From contig CAIIXF020000001.1 of NCBI GenBank assembly GCA_903813345.2, positions 47,306,001 through 47,370,000 of the forward strand: 64,000 nucleotides of DNA, read 5' to 3'. The position numbers were made by a program, and so were the translations under genes. This DNA comes from Owenia fusiformis (Eukaryota). Of the stretch, positions 49,001-61,900 are shown in pieces (within the stretch, counting starts at the first letter, position 1; the number at the start of each line of letters is the position of its first letter). The notes beneath the pieces were generated by a model. That model had not been told where the DNA came from and made no database searches. It was given only the letters and a program-made list of their open reading frames with translations.

Positions 49001-50598
49001 TTTGAATTCATTAATTTCTCAAACTTCTGTGTGATTGGTAAATAAAGGTAAAAAGGTTTGGGCTACAAACTCTGAAAATTTCATCAAGATTGGTGCAATA
49101 TTAAGAAAGTTACAATATCTTTCACCTTATTTATTGGACACCCTGTATATAGTTTGAACACGTTCCTGCCATGCATACATGGTAGTCATGTTGGTAGAGT
49201 CCATTTCACTCGAACTCCCGTGCAGTGATATATCACTGCGGCGGGCAGGTATCTCACCGTAAGCATGGTAACATCGTAATAAACAACTGACGTGATTGGT
49301 TCTAATCCAATGCTCAGGTCGCGTGATTGTAAAATTTAGACAATTTCATTGGTTGAATTGCGCGTATTAACTAATAAACAACACGTGCGGTAAACTTTTA
49401 TCAACACAACTTTTACTCAGAATTCCTTCCGCGGGGTTTTCCTCTTATAATTCATTGATTTTGGAATATTTTGACAAAATAATTATTGGTGAACATAAAA
49501 GAACATATATTTTATAAGTTGTGTGAAAAACAAGTACATCTGTGACAAAAAGGGGAACTATCTTCCCCAAATTTTGGGGATTCCATAATCTGCCCGCCGC
49601 AGTGTCTATACCGAGACACTGCATAGGAGTTCGCATTTCACTGCTTCATTGCGTCAGTAGAACGGCAAAAATAAGAAATTGGGAGACCATTGTGCAATAA
49701 AATATGGAAAAGTATATTCATAATGTACATAAATGACATTTGTATATTTCAGATTTTTTAGTTTTTTGTGCAATAAGCCTGTGACGTCTTGTAATTTGAA
49801 GAATTTCAGCCATGTTAATCTTATTGAAAATAACATGGCAGAGAAGCATCCAAATATAAGAGGCCACGCGCTTTATAAGCCAAACTAGAACCAATCCAAG
49901 ATATACAAATGTCATTCATGTACAACAGGAATATATTTTTCCATATATTATTGCAAAATGATATTTTGATTTCTTATTTTTTAGCTTTTACTGACGCAGA
50001 TAAACAGTGAAATGGACTCTAGTCATTTTTGTTGTCATTTTGCATATACTTTGTATTAACAGGGCCAATAATGCTGAATTCAGCCTCGACCCCATCATTT
50101 GTAAGCTAATATATTGTAAAGTAAAATAAAGAAACCATATAAAATAATAAACTAAGATTTTGCGGCCTACACCCCCGATTACGCCCTCCGACAAGTTGCA
50201 TCCAAAGTTTTGACATAATAGATCCTTTGAGAATGGCATTCTCGTACCCCGATCGCGAGGCTAATCTGAAAATTCACAAATTCAAATAATGCCCATGTAC
50301 CTCCTATATAGACTACATCATCTATGACGTCTAGTCTGAAAGGTATTTGAAATTCGGAATGAAAATATCCAGTTCAAGTCAGTCTGTCGGATACTACTTG
50401 TACATGTACTTCTAAACTATATCCTATTGTTCTCCCAGTTGGCATTTCAGCATAAAATGTACCCCTGGCAAAAGAAAAGAACTCCCTCCCAGCCTCTTTC
50501 CTATAGAAAGGGGTAAATTTACCTGAAATGAGCGCTTCTATCTGTTGAGGTTGTTCATCTGCGGTTTTAAAAAGATCACCTATATTCCCCAGTGACAT
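40001..50598 (-). CDS. Carotenoid oxygenase family protein (BCO/RPE65/NinaB-like), paralog B, 524 aa, 10 coding exons
   Basis: Exons (minus): 50598-50523, 46260-46002, 45698-45557, 44560-44343, 43225-43065, 42860-42709, 42609-42468, 42267-42062, 40668-40593, 40143-40001, total 1575 nt. Exon sizes and phases match paralog A except that exon 8 is 3 nt shorter. The His motifs [17 protein letters not shown] and GLHG are intact. Confidence 0.93.
43390..44312 (+). mobile_element. 5'-truncated non-LTR retrotransposon 3' end with (AAAT)n tail, antisense in intron 4 of BCO paralog B
   Basis: ORF 43376-44188 contains [46 protein letters not shown] and C..C....VENEKHF...C. (AAAT)n lies at 44277-44312. 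It is absent from paralog A. The 5' boundary is approximate. Confidence 0.88.
46455..46660 (+). pseudogene. Highly degenerate LINE reverse transcriptase fragment
   Basis: Pieces [15 protein letters not shown] and [20 protein letters not shown] resemble the W.M.IN..K / K.LG..LD..L.F..HI region downstream of the YADD motif. Confidence 0.45.
47726..48199. mobile_element. MITE with ~50-bp imperfect TIRs
   Basis: aaattttaaatgtttggaactacttagaatttaaaaaataa / ttattttttaaattcaaagaagttccaaacatttaaaattt. The internal part recurs at about 49740-49910. Confidence 0.6.
48520..48612 (+). pseudogene. Mariner transposase C-terminal remnant
   Basis: [29 protein letters not shown] matches the W..R..KCI...G.Y.E mariner terminus. 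Confidence 0.6.
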
Positions 50599-51981
50599 GT
50601 TTACTCAGACGGCAGGCGGTCACTGATTCACGAAAGCTATCGTTCCATTCATCTGCGTCTATAAAATAAAAAGTGCACTCGGTTGGAAGCTCACTTTCAC
50701 TGGGGATCAACTGGAACGTAGACAGCTTATCTTCATTTCAACATGGCTGGACCTCCGGAAGAAGAATTGAGTAATTAAGATTTATTGTTTTCTCGATTTA
50801 ATAGCTTTTATCCTTCAAATTTCAATTAAATATTTTGCAAGTGCGTAGATTCCGGTATCGAAATATGATTACATACATGCAGTGATTTACAAATCAATGC
50901 CCTCGCATATAAAACGAAGAAAGGGAAATGAAGGGACCTAGCTTTCTGAAGCATGAAACGAAGACAACACATTTCAATATTAAAAGGAAGGTTAAGTTAC
51001 ACGTTTCAAGAAAAAACGTGTACGTGAACGTGTAGAAGTATGGTCCTCTAGTGTTTACTTGGCCGATTGAGTCCCGATTAGGTCCCTTAAAAAGTTAATT
51101 GAGAGCGGGACAGTTATCTCCGTATGTCAAAATATTACATGGTCGTCACGCACAGATTCTCTAAACAGTTACTTAGTTTAGCCCTCTATTGTATATGATG
51201 TATTTTGAAATACCATTTGAAATTCGGGGGAAAATGCTGTCAATAAGCATTCAGAGACTGATGTGACTGTCAATAGCTGGATATGATCTGGCAAATACTT
51301 AAGTGCATATTATGTTTGTACGATATGAATTTGATTGTTTTGAAACTCAGTGTTTTTATTCAGGAAGAACCCTGATAAAGAAAGTTGCCGTGTCTTAAGG
51401 CATCATTCGATCACATGTCTGTACAATGTTTAAACCGGTAAATTGTTTGCGGATGCCGTATTTACACGGCAAACACCAAGTAGATCCTACCTGTAACTTG
51501 AATTGAGTGAACCAACGAAAACATTCTCTGATTCGATTGTAAAATACTTTTGGAAAATAAATTATATGAAAATATCTTATCAAATTCTTCTTCCGGAAGT
51601 CTGGCCATGCTGAAGCGATTACTGACTGTCTTCGTTTCCAGTTGATCCCCAGTTACTATTATTTACTGTAGTGAAAATCTGAGCTTGTAACATTCGCAAG
51701 TGCAGGGTTGATTGCAATTCGAGGACAAACTCATTTTAAGTGCCTGCCGTGCATCCAGGTGTAAAATGGGAGGAGGTGGGTAGGAGGATTATGATCCTAC
51801 TCGTCATTGATTTATATGGTGACCCCTTTCCCTTATTATCTTATACACAATCGGGGCCAGAAAGGGCCGTTAAGAAAGGGGACCATAATCCCCGGGGGAC
51901 CATAATTTCTTTCACACCGGCGTTTGCTGCCACCTCTCGCCTCAAACCCAGTAGCTGAACTTTATGTCGGGTTAATCAGCC

Positions 51982-52121
51982 TGCCTTGGTCACATTTGCT
52001 CCGATTTTCACTACGGCGCCCGGTCGATTGAGTATTTTGTTAAAAATTGAATACAATATTGAACAAAACACTCAATCAGCCGGGCGCCGGCCGATGGATC
52101 GAAGCAAATCTGACCCAGGCA
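51982..52121. mobile_element. Palindromic MITE, same family as 37598-37718
   Basis: tgccttggtcacatttgctcc...gaagcaaatctgacccaggca, with the same internal attgagtattttgtt / aacaaaacactcaat hairpin. Confidence 0.7.
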
Positions 52122-52427
52122 TGAATAGCATGTGGCATAAAAGGCCTGGTCAGGTGTGATCACTGATCATTGTTCGTTGACTGATGGTTTGTTCGTAATT
52201 ACAACTACGAACAGTAGTATCTATGTGTTCCTAACACGTTTGGGCGTCCGGGAATAACAACGTCTACCCAAAGTTTGCACCCGAAATTGACGTAATTCAT
52301 GATTGAAATCGGGAAGACAAAATTTGAGATTCACAAACAAATTGCTTATGAAAACTATTTACAAAAGTGTTCCAGGGATTCTAATCTACATATTTGAAGA
52401 TACATTGCCTTATTAAAAGCAAATGCT

Positions 52428-53329
52428 ATATTGAAAATTTTCGGTTATATATATTTTACAAGTGGATCCAAGAGACCAAGTGGGCAAGTCCACTATTTTG
52501 CAGGGGTGGCAGGATATACACATATCAATTTCCACATACTCACATTGCCTTTTTAAAGAACCTTCTAAAAGTTTACTATAGTCAATAAGTATCAGATCTG
52601 TAAATTCTGGAATCAGAAGCGAATTTAATAAAAACAAGATTAGAATGCACAAATACCGGATCACATATTTTTTTAATGAGGGACCTGTTAAATGTTTCAC
52701 CAATAGTCCATTTTCTCCACTTGGTCACACTTAGATTGAGCCAAGTATTGGATGATTGGAGGCAGTTTTGATCAATTTTGCAAAGGGTTAATTTTATTCT
52801 CATCTATCTCAACAAAACAGGAATATCCCAGAATTCATAAAGTCACACTCCTCTTATGTAAACTATATCATTGATTGGCCAAGGGTTCATCTATAACCCT
52901 GGGAAATGACCTCTTCTGGACGTAAAGCGTGTGAACATCTGATATGACCAGTTCCCGTGGTAGTGTGTCACCAGTCATTTCTCTGGAATGATGTACACTT
53001 GTCTTAAAAAGATTAGCTGGTCCCTCGGATTAGACAGGTTTTACTGTAGGTACAATCCCCTCTAAAAGTTACTGAAATCACTGGCTGGGAATTGGTGTTC
53101 GCTTACACACAGGTGTTCAATAGAGTAGAGTCATGTGTTCACTGGGCACAGATCTTCACTAAAGAGGTGTTCATTATGACAGTTTTACTGTACTGAAATC
53201 AATCACTGGGAATTCACTATATACAAAATTGAAATGTGTGTATCAAACCACCCCTGCAAAATAATTGACTCGCCCACTTGGTCTCTTGGATCCACTTGCA
53301 AAATATATATAACCCAAATTTTCTATATT
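52428..53329. mobile_element. About 900-bp TIR element containing fragments of TACAGTAAAAC-type MITEs
   Basis: ggttatatatattttacaagtggatccaagagaccaagtgggc...gcaggggtgg is inverted at 53225-53315. Internal gacaggttttactgta and gacagttttactgta ends are present. Confidence 0.7.
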
Positions 53330-54072
53330 TCAGTTTGAACATGTTATTACGTCACGTATAGACTAGTAAGCCAGTGTTTTATATGGGGATTATATGTACT
53401 TGTTTACATGAACGTAAATCATTACATGAAATCTGCAGTCTTCCGGATTTTATCTGGGTTTGTATTATCTTATTGGGGCTTTAGACTTTAAAACAAACCT
53501 TACCTAAATGGATTTGTGTCTCGGGAACATTTTTGTTGAAAGAATATCACATATTTTTGTCTTCCCGATTTCAGTATGAATTACGTCAATTTTACATGCA
53601 CACATTGGGTAGACGTTGTCATTCCCGGATGCCCAAACGTGTCAGTAACACATAGATACTCGAATGATGTTGATTGGACATCAGGGTGCAGAGAAATCGT
53701 AATTTCACTGAGTGGCTTCACGAAAAATAAGCAGCATTTTAGGCCACCCTCATTTATGAAAATTAATAGGTTAATCCGGTAGCCGATAGCCGCTATTTGG
53801 TATCGCGAATACAATGTAAGTCTATCAAACCAAAATACACCAGCACACTGTTTCATTGTGACTGGCAAAAATGCACCACTTGGCTGTATTTCTGTATGCC
53901 TGGTGAGTGAATTGCGTAATTTAATGAGTTTTCTCCCCAGGTATCACTAGAACAACAATAAACCCTGCAGAGCAAAATACATGCTCATGTGTTTTCAACA
54001 AAAATAGCTCATCCAAGCGCACTTACTCTAACATGATTCTTTTGAAAGACATCACTATTTATTTCAATAACG

Positions 54073-54497
54073 CAGATGCGAGTAGGTAGTTACCAGATTC
54101 ACCACCAGGTGGCTCGTTCGGGTCAGATATCGTGGCGGGTATAGTAGAAAGTTCCCTTTAACTTAAATTACATCTATTTGTGTGGTTCAATTTTCATATA
54201 ACCCTTATGTATCTAATATTTTTGCAAATTAAAATATGTCCAGTAAAAGAAAATGTTATCTGTCCAATGCAAGAGAAGATAATTCACTTTCTGTGATTTT
54301 GTAACATGGGGTCTATGGGGAATCAACCCGAACAAGTAGTCACATTTTCAAAAAAATTAAATTTTCAAAGTTGATAGACAATTTTCGAAACCACATTTCT
54401 AGATGAACATTTACATGCAGATTTCAAATATGAGATCACTTTGACTGAATTTTGAATATCTAATGGCGTAAATCAAGATTATATCTACTCGCATCTA
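54073..54497 (-). mobile_element. Inverted copy of the AGATGCGAGTA MITE
   Basis: The reverse complement aligns end to end with 11084-11509. Confidence 0.8.
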
Positions 54498-55923
54498 GTC
54501 TAGTCCTTGTGGTGCACTAGCAACTAGCCGTTGCGGTTGATATAGGCGGTTACCCGACAAGTTTGACATATCGTAATTAGCGTAATTAGCGCTTGGATGA
54601 TTTTTTTTCGTTGAAAACGTCGTATAGCCGTGTAATTTGTAACGCAGGGGCTTATTGTTCTTTTCCGTGATACCAAGGGAAAAACTTATTAAGTATTATG
54701 CAATTGATTCGCGCCGCGGGCAGTTTTAAACATAGCCTTTACCATGAATTATGATTGCGGCTTGGCCTCATTAAAAGAAGGCTCTTACATGCTAATACTG
54801 TAAGTTATTTTATGATTGTCTGCCTAATATAAAGGAAATATGGTTCTAACCATTGATTTCCAAAATACATTCTTTGAGTTGTATCTTTATTTACACGTTT
54901 TAATCTATATTTTCTTTCAGGAAAGATCTTTAACTGAAAAATTGACGAGAAAATTAATTTTTGCCTCAATAACATGTTTGAGTTCATACAGGAATAATTG
55001 ATTAAATAAAGAATAATAAATGTCTGCCCTAAGGTTGGGGTTTAGGGTTTTCTATATAGCTGAATAAAAAACCGAGAACCAGTGCCGCCATCTTTTATTC
55101 AGCTTTTTATTTGGGCCAGACTGCCATAGGCTTATGTGTCAAGAAGTAGGAATATTGACTTAATTTAATTCGGTTGAATCAGTCTAAAACTTGAATCGTT
55201 TATCATATGATGATAATGTTAATGTACATTTTATGATCTCACGAAAAATGAGATTAAGCGAGATTTCAAAAACTTTAGGGAATCTGTACAATTATCGACG
55301 AATTATACCACAAGCGCTAGGTTGAAAGAAAGATGGTAGTAGTGATGGTCTGTCTATTTGTATGTTCACTTTGTCCAAGTTGAGAATGTCCTACATTTGA
55401 TCATTGTCAGAATAACTACTCATAGAATCAACATTTTACACTTGGAGAATATTTCAGATATAACAATCTTCTGTTTATTCCATAACCGAACAATTTAGTG
55501 AAATGTATTATGACAACGGTTGTCATCTAGAGTCGGATGATGCACGGAACATTGACTATTCCCTATTAGAAAGGGTGACTTCGGTTTGCAACACTACATG
55601 TAAAACGCCAGTATTCTCACATAAAGATAATGCTACAGAGGACCTTCGTTGCGAGTCCATTTCTCTCATATGATAGCTGTATCCTTTTTAGCATGATATT
55701 TAGCTTGATTAAACACATGTACAGACATTGTTGATTCCGATATAATATTAATTGTCATTGATTCAAGAATTCTTGAAGAAATAGATAAAAGCAATAGAGA
55801 CTGTCAATATTTTGGACATTGTACCATACTATCGGTACTTGTATCTAAGACTTCTTCAAATAAATCTTATTATTAGCTTCTAGTTAACTTATTGTTGTAT
55901 TCATCGTGACACATATTAGCACA

Positions 55924-55941
55924 TGACGTAAAATTATAAGG
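55924..55941 (+). promoter_or_regulatory. Possible core promoter of the ceramidase gene (CRE-like TGACGTAA and TATAAG)
   Basis: TATAAG lies about 50 bp before the ATG at 55985. This is a motif match only, in AT-rich DNA. Confidence 0.3.
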
Positions 55942-55984
55942 GGATATTATACCTGTAACTGGTTGTGGAAACTGGTAAAACGTT

Positions 55985-58900
55985 ATGCATCTCAAATTGT
56001 ACCAGGTCTTGTCACTGTTGGTTGCAGCAGGTGTGGTGCGTACGCAGACTCAATACTTCGTCGGTGTGGGGATCGCTGATGTTACTGGACCCGCGGCAGA
56101 AATTCCATTGGTAAATATTTACGCGACATGTAATATCTTATTGTAGGATAAAAAATTGCAAATGACCTCGATAGTACAAATGAACGCAACAGTGGTGTAA
56201 ATGTATGGTTGAATCAAAAGTTTATCCAAACTCATTTGTAGTTTGATTTGGACAAGCCCAAATCACTTTTAATATTATTTGACTATTTTCTTCTGAAGAT
56301 GACAATTGATGCTGAAGAAGTACTCATAAAAGTGGGTTTGGTTCAAAACGCTGCAATCTGATAGGCTAATATGGCGAACTTTGAAATTGTTAGGGAAGTT
56401 CGGGAAGAGATATAAGTTTTTACCCAGGTTTTGTGTAAACATGACCTTGCGTGATCTTTTAGTAATATTTGAACATGTTTTGCACAACATTGACTCTTTC
56501 CACGTTGTTTAGGAAAAATGTTATCAAAACTGGTTTGGCCCAAATCAAACTGCAACTGCTTGGTTTTATGAATTTCAAATTTATGTGCCACTCATTGCGT
56601 AACATGTTTGATGTGAAGGGTGAAGATCTTTTAATTAGGTCTGCCAGGAGTTCGCGATCAGCCTCTTTTGAGAATTTAAGCCAATGTTTTATTGAGAAAA
56701 AATATGCGCTGAACATTTGATTATATTCGCATGGCGATTAAACAGATCTGATTAAACGAAACCATTACTTAGTCTTAGGATGTTTTTACTGTGTTTTATT
56801 TTTATTTTGAGTATGGCTATGCGGACCCAGGTCAAACAGCTAAGGGGATCCACACTCGACAGTACTCCCGAGCGTTTATCATCACAGACTCCTCAGACGC
56901 CTCTGGTAAACGAGTAGTCTTCGTTAGTATCGACAATACAATGGTATCTACCATCCTCAAACAGGCTGTACGTATTCATTTATCTCTATTTAAAATCACT
57001 TTAATGACGTAATATAAATACATGAAGACGTTGTCTTTTACTGACGATGGCATCCGTACAATTTCTACGTGCATGTACATTGTATCATATATGGGAATTA
57101 ATGTTTGCTTTGAACACAGAGTAACGCATGCGCAATATTCGTTTGGGACTCCGGTTGTCAAATCTATTCAGGGAGTATAGTTGAAGCAACTTGTGATTTA
57201 CTCATTTAGGTAGCAGAGAGACTTGTGCAACTCTATCCTGACCTTTACAACAATGACAATGTGATGTTGTCAAGCACTCATACCCACTCCACGCCAGGAG
57301 GCTTCCTTGGTTATACCATGTACAACATACCACAAGCGGGATTCGCACATGAAACATTCAACATTCTTGTCAACGGAATAGTTGCAGTAAGTATACAAAT
57401 ACTATTACATAATCATACGATGTTCGTTATTACTTTAGCTACAGCTGTTTAACAAATGAATTCTCATTAAATGCCTCATACAATTAATGTTTTTGAAATA
57501 AATGTGAAATTTGAAAAAAACGTTCTTTGACCTCGTTCGAAATAAAGATTAAAACCTTCGACTCAAACAAATGAAAACTCTAAGTATGTTGTAAAGTTGC
57601 GTATTTGATCGTAAGTAAATTGTTTGATGTGTAAAGGACAAATACAAGTATGAGGAAGACTTATACCACAAAATGTTGTCCTTATCTTATCTGTTCTTGA
57701 CCCTAATTGTTCTCATACAATCCCTTGGCTTCATAACTTTGGCAACCGGAAGTATATTGGATAGCAATCAACACGTAATGTTTGGATCTTAATTCTGTTC
57801 GTCATTTAAAATAGTTGGGAAATTTATTTATTTATCTTATGGATTGATTGAATCAGAAAACATAAACAGGCTTCGATTGTGATCCCAAAACCTCGTTCTA
57901 TAAATATTCAAACAATTGAATACTCTTAAATGATGTAAAGTCGCGTATTTGGTCGTTCTGGAAACTTTAAAGTGTGAGTTATAGAAGAACAAAGAATAAT
58001 ACCACAAAGTGTTTCCCTTGACCTTATATTAATTTTGTTCCTCAATTACGATAGTTCGAAAACTGACGAGTTTGATGAATTTCTCAAAGTGTTAAACGTC
58101 AACAGGCTTGGTCCAAATGCATGTATAATTAAAACACCCACTCTTTCCACATTCGTTAAAGTACAGCATGTATAAAATGTGTCAAAAATGAAAATCCAAC
58201 GATCATTTGTAATTGTTTAGAGTGTCCAGCGTGCACATGCAAATATTCGGCCCGCCAACCTTTTGATAGCAGAAGACGAACTTCTTGATGCTAGCAGTAA
58301 CCGTTCACCGTATGCATATGAGCAGAATCCTGCAGGAGAACGTGCACGGTTTGAGTCTTTTATTTGATAAACAGCCAGTGGTTATTTTTCACACGTATGT
58401 ACTGATAAATGTATGTACGAGATATGCTGTAGGTCGCAGCCTATACAAAGTTAGGTCCGGCTACCCTATTTTGGATTATTTGATACATAATTAACAAAAT
58501 CATCCAAATTAAAACTACAAATATTACATAGGTACACGCATGATACTGACAAACAATTTGCAGTTCTGAAAATCGTAGATATGGCTGGGAATGATATGGG
58601 TATAATCAAGTAAGTCAAGATATTATATCTTATGAATTAAATTGAAATTAAATGTGACATTGTTTTCCATAATACTGGTAACATTCTTACGCATGAATTT
58701 GCTTACTGTGTGTACTATATTTTTGCTACCTTTGCTTACATAACCAAATTAAAATTCTTTCCACAACTACAAGTCGTTCCGATATTCCAGTTGGTTTGCT
58801 GTCCATACCACAGCTATGAATAAGACCAACCATTTAATCAGCGCCGATACGAAGGGTTATGCCTCCTACCTCTTCGAGAGAGACTTCAACAATGAGGGTC

Positions 58901-61900
58901 GGGAGGATCCACCATTTGTAGCTGCATTCGCACAGGCCAACGAAGGAGACATATCTCCTAACACAGCCGGAGTGAGGTGTCTGCAAACAGGTGGTGAATG
59001 TGATTACCAAACAAGTCAGTGCCCAACAGATGTAGGTATCTATATGCCAGCCAAATGATTTAATTTTCCTCCAAATGGCGGAAGTATTTTTTTCGCTTTT
59101 ATACATAGACATATTTGTGTACATCAATTCAGTGACTTCTATGGCAATCAAATTGTTTTGTCTTCGTTGACAGGGTGACCAGTGCGTAGGAATAGGAATC
59201 GGTACAGATATGTTTGATACGACGAAAATCATCGGTGAAAGACAATACAACAAAGCAAAGGTAAGACCACGTTGAATGAGCGACAGTTGTCAAACAGAAG
59301 AAAACATAAATATGCAACGTATAACTTGTAAACAATAAAATATGAAGTACAGTAGATACAAAAATAAGCCAATGACAAAAATATAACGGTCAGTCTGGCG
59401 CCTACTATGAGCTCTCATTTTGATCTGACTTACTTCAACGAGTTCATTCGTTTTTAGGAGATGTACCCCAGTATAGAAAGAAGGGTTACTGGAAGTGTAG
59501 ACTTCCGCCATCAATGGGTCGATATGTCAGACCAACAACTAAGTGGCGGAGTAAGTATTGATTGCAAGCCATATTTCACATTAGTGGCCATGGGAGTCTG
59601 TAGATTTAGTCATGTGTGGATGGATACTTTACGTAATGAATATTAGACTTTTATAGAATGTTGCATTCAGTATTGAATCAAGGTAACAATAAAGCGTCAG
59701 GGTATACATTTACATACGGCACTATATCTTACATGTTCATTTTGTCAGAGAAACACATGTCCACCATGTATGGGATATAGCTTCGCAGCGGGTGCCACTG
59801 ATGGTCCAGGGGCCACGGATATATTTCATCAAGGTACATGTATATATTTATTCAGTATTTTCATCTGAGGGAATTGGAAATTTGTAATAAAATTATACAG
59901 AATGATTTTATTCATTAAAATGTTACGTAAAATGTGATATAAAACCTTATCAAACCTGAAACTCAAAATACCCTCATTTTTGCGATTCTGTATTTAAAAG
60001 ATGGTACCGATCGAAAGTTGTTCAAGTCGTGATCATACAGCTTTAAAAGTTGGATTCGTTTCTCCTTTAGGAGACACAGAGGGAGACCTTCTCATTGATG
60101 GAATTCGGGATGCCATATTTGGTGAAACTGAGGAAACCACAATTGACTGCCAGGAACCCAAACCAATCCTTCTGGCCACTGGGCAGGTAGGGACTCAAAC
60201 CCACACATGCAAGATATATCTATCTTCGTCTCGTACCAATACAGAATTTCTCGAGCAGAATATATCCTGTATTGCACTTCAAATCATTCAATAACTTACA
60301 GTGTTGTTTTTCCATCCATCTTGTTTTCTCACAATACGTATACGTATATGTTTTCAGTACGATACTCCACTACCATGGCAGCCTAGCATAGTCCCAGTGC
60401 AGATATTCAAAGTCGGAGATCTGATCATATCCTCCCTCCCATCTGAAGTCACGTAGGTATTCGCGAATAGGTGACGTACGTTACAATTCAGATGTTGTAA
60501 GAAATGTTGAAGTTGTTTATTACTTTGATACAATATATCAATTTAACGTAACTTTACAAGTGACAAGTTTTGATAAAATAACATCACAAGATTTCTTTAC
60601 TATTTGTTTTTTCTGATGTACGTGGTTTATTTTGTCATTAGTACCATGGCCGGGAGAAGAGTTAAAGAAGCAGTGAAAAATGTAAGAAACAGTAAATATA
60701 TAAGCACTAGTGCCAAAGAGAAAGGACCAAAAGTTGTAATGGAACTTAGCAAGAAAAAGCAAACTCTAAGTGCATACCAGTCAAAATATCATTAAAATAC
60801 ATAATGTATTAAATGTTATCGTCGTAACCGTAATATGGTGGAATAGAGATAATATTACTTGTATTATAGATTCGAGTTCTTAAAAGTTACATAATTAAAG
60901 ACCAATAGCTATGATTCTTATCATTGGAAAACGTTAATTTGATATAAGTACATGTAGGTAAATAAGTAACTTCATAATTGTTTATGTGGGTTTGAAGAGA
61001 AAGAAATGTAGATATCCGAAAAATATATATCGTTATTCAGTTTATTCAATGAATTTCAGACTTTGGTCGCTGAAGGATATCCATCCAATCTTATGTCAGT
61101 TTTTACGGGACTTGCCAACACATATTCTAGTTACACTGTTACCTTTGAAGAATATCAGGTATGACATAATTCACTTCTTTATATACAGGGTGGGCCAAAA
61201 AACGAATACCCGAGTTTAACGTTGAATGATTCATATGATATATGTTAAACCATGCCATGTATTATATAAAATTTTAAATGTAAATCATTTTCTAACAATA
61301 TGTCAACATCCAATTAAAAAACCTTTGTTTTCTTGTGGAGTTAGACGCTAAAATTGACAACAGGCGTGCCATGAGCGACCAAAAATCAAAAAACGAAAAT
61401 TCCCAAATTTCCCTCCATACTGCAATCACAGCTGCACTCAATATACTTGACTGAATCATCATAAATGTATCTAAGAGTAATACACAATTGATGATTAATT
61501 AAAGAGATATATTAAGTATTATTGGTGAATTTTGCACTAAACGTGTCTAAATGTACCCATTTCGAAGGTGCCAAAGTTCAAACTCTACAGGAAGACATCA
61601 GTTTTCAAGCAGATGGTGTCATATTGTTAGGAAATGATTTATCTTTAAAATGATATCTTAAACATGGCATGGTTTAATGTTATATTGTATGATATTCATC
61701 CTTAAACTTTGGTACTGTTTTTTTGGCCCACCCTGTACAGAGTGAGCAGAAACAAATACGCCTGTTGCACAAAAACAGTTTAACTTTTCCAATCACACTT
61801 CCCTTCATGAGCTTGGCAACAGAAGTTTGAATGGTAATAGTCACCAATAATACTGTTAAATCGTTTTCAAAGATGATAAAAGTAAACAATTTGTACTTGA

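Noticed and set aside
37598..52121. Same MITE upstream of both oxygenases as proof of a shared ancestral promoter insertion
   Set aside because: The flanks do not visibly align, the distances differ, and a third copy lies at about 7480, so independent insertions are as likely.
50598..55985. Functional cluster or bidirectional promoter linking oxygenase and ceramidase
   Set aside because: The start codons are 5.4 kb apart with many repeats between them, and adjacency alone is not evidence of co-regulation in an animal genome.
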